Source: an uncultured Thermodesulfobacteriota bacterium | Lineage (GTDB): Bacteria > Desulfobacterota > B13-G15 | NCBI GenBank assembly: GCA_964480925.1 | Contig: CAYZRR010000039.1 | Span: forward strand, 1 to 46,946 | Reading direction: 5' to 3' | Length of the DNA: 46,946 nt | Shown: piece by piece, positions 46,093 to 46,946 of the stretch | Layout of the letters: each line of letters opens with the position of its first letter | Numbering within the stretch: the first letter of the stretch is position 1 | Position numbers and translations under genes: made by a program | The notes under the pieces: generated by a model | Databases searched by the model: none | Seen by the model: only the letters and a program-made list of their open reading frames with translations | Told to the model about the DNA's origin: nothing

Positions 46093-46946
46093 GGTTTTTG
46101 CTCAATTTTTTATAATGTCTCAATTTTTCAAGATACATATTTCTATCAGCTTCGTTTAAAGCCTTCTCTAAGGGTTCTCCTTTTTTGGGATCCCATAAGG
46201 AGGAGCCTATGGAAAGGCTTATAGGGACATGTGGATTTTCGGAATCGTATTCGTCTACTTTTTTGAGGATCCTTTCCTTCACAGTTTGAAGCCCTCCATT
46301 ATCGTTGGGTTCAAGGAGAACTACGAGGAATTCATCACCCCCATATCTTACCACGATGTCGCTTTCCCTTATCGAATTTTTTAATATTTGCGCCGTTTTT
46401 TTCAGAACCTCATCTCCTATTAAATGCCCTTTTTCATCGTTTATTACCTTCATATTATCTACATCTACCATCAAGAACCCAATAGGACGACCGTATCTTT
46501 GGGCCCTTTTGACTTCCTGTTCCAGATATAAAAAGAGAAAATGTCGGTTATAAAGACCAGTAAGTGCATCGGTGAGAGCCATTTCTTCGAGTTCTTTTTG
46601 TAAACGGATTTGTTTTATCATATTGCTTGTAAAGTTCAAGATTAATTCTACCAATTTATAATCCCTATCTTCGGGTTGTGAAAGAAATTTAATTTTTAAA
46701 ATCCCCACGTTCTTGATTGAATAAAGGAAAGTTGACCTATTTTCTAATTTTATTTGAAATTGGTCTACTTTTTCGGAGGCCAAAAATTCACAATTGACGT
46801 CGAAGATATTTTTTAATCCTTCTGAAAGAGTTTCAATTATTTCATTTTCTTCTTTTAATTCATATAATTGATAAATTAAATGAGTCGATTGTAATATACG
46901 CGTACGATAAAGTTCCGAAGAAAGTTCCAATAATTTCTTTTCCGTA
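46070..46946 (-). CDS. GGDEF diguanylate cyclase with a small N-terminal sensory (GAF-like?) region; the reading frame stays open to the right edge, so the N-terminus may be missing
   Basis: DALTGLYNRHF, active-site RYGGDEFLVV, and the I-site RESD exactly 5 aa before GGDEF. The listed M at 46930 is a TTG with no RBS, and the frame has no stop up to 46946. Confidence 0.85.
   Translation of the reverse strand, partial: TEKKLLELSSELYRTRILQSTHLIYQLYELKEENEIIETLSEGLKNIFDVNCEFLASEKVDQFQIKLENRSTFLYSIKNVGILKIKFLSQPEDRDYKLVELILNFTSNMIKQIRLQKELEEMALTDALTGLYNRHFLFLYLEQEVKRAQRYGRPIGFLMVDVDNMKVINDEKGHLIGDEVLKKTAQILKNSIRESDIVVRYGGDEFLVVLLEPNDNGGLQTVKERILKKVDEYDSENPHVPISLSIGSSLWDPKKGEPLEKALNEADRNMYLEKLRHYKKLSKNHVNHNDS

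Overview
This is a gene-dense, mostly core-genome segment with about 45 CDS, almost no intergenic DNA and many 4-nt start/stop overlaps. It looks like an anaerobic, probably thermophilic, diderm bacterium. The protein flavour suggests a Thermodesulfobacteriota/Nitrospirota-like lineage, but I cannot verify taxonomy. I saw no rRNA, tRNA, CRISPR array, transposase/integrase or long repeat. Left to right the window holds: a partial gmhA-like SIS isomerase (missing from the ORF track); a mini HDAC-family deacetylase; a fused TIGR03960/TIGR03936-type radical SAM protein; a CbpA-type J-protein coupled to a zinc-finger-less ClpX paralog; a DUF39 homocysteine-synthesis protein; a four-subunit group 3b (sulfhydrogenase-type) [NiFe]-hydrogenase operon with terminator; a LolA-like protein; a cyclase/formamidase; efp, an M24 aminopeptidase and guaB; a radical SAM protein with a CX4CX2C motif; gatB; HIT, LapA and a nucleoside phosphorylase; hsp20; an MTAP-like/MtaD/Mut7-C/RsmD operon; a seven-gene translationally coupled minus-strand operon (DHH-CBS-CCA enzyme, CooC, DUF362-ferredoxin, truA, +1-frameshifted prfB, hemD, CooT); PBP1A; a methyltransferase::ATP-grasp fusion; pilMNOPQ plus an AMIN-amidase; an MFS transporter; and a lower-GC four-gene c-di-GMP module (GGDEF, REC-HD-GYP, PilZ-Zn-ribbon-methyltransferase, hybrid histidine kinase). 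The best candidates for something undescribed are the PilZ-methyltransferase effector inside the self-contained c-di-GMP operon, the methyltransferase::Ddl-like ATP-grasp fusion, and the ClpX-paralog/CbpA pair. No classical defence or mobile system is evident. All functional calls rest on motif recognition by eye, not on database searches.
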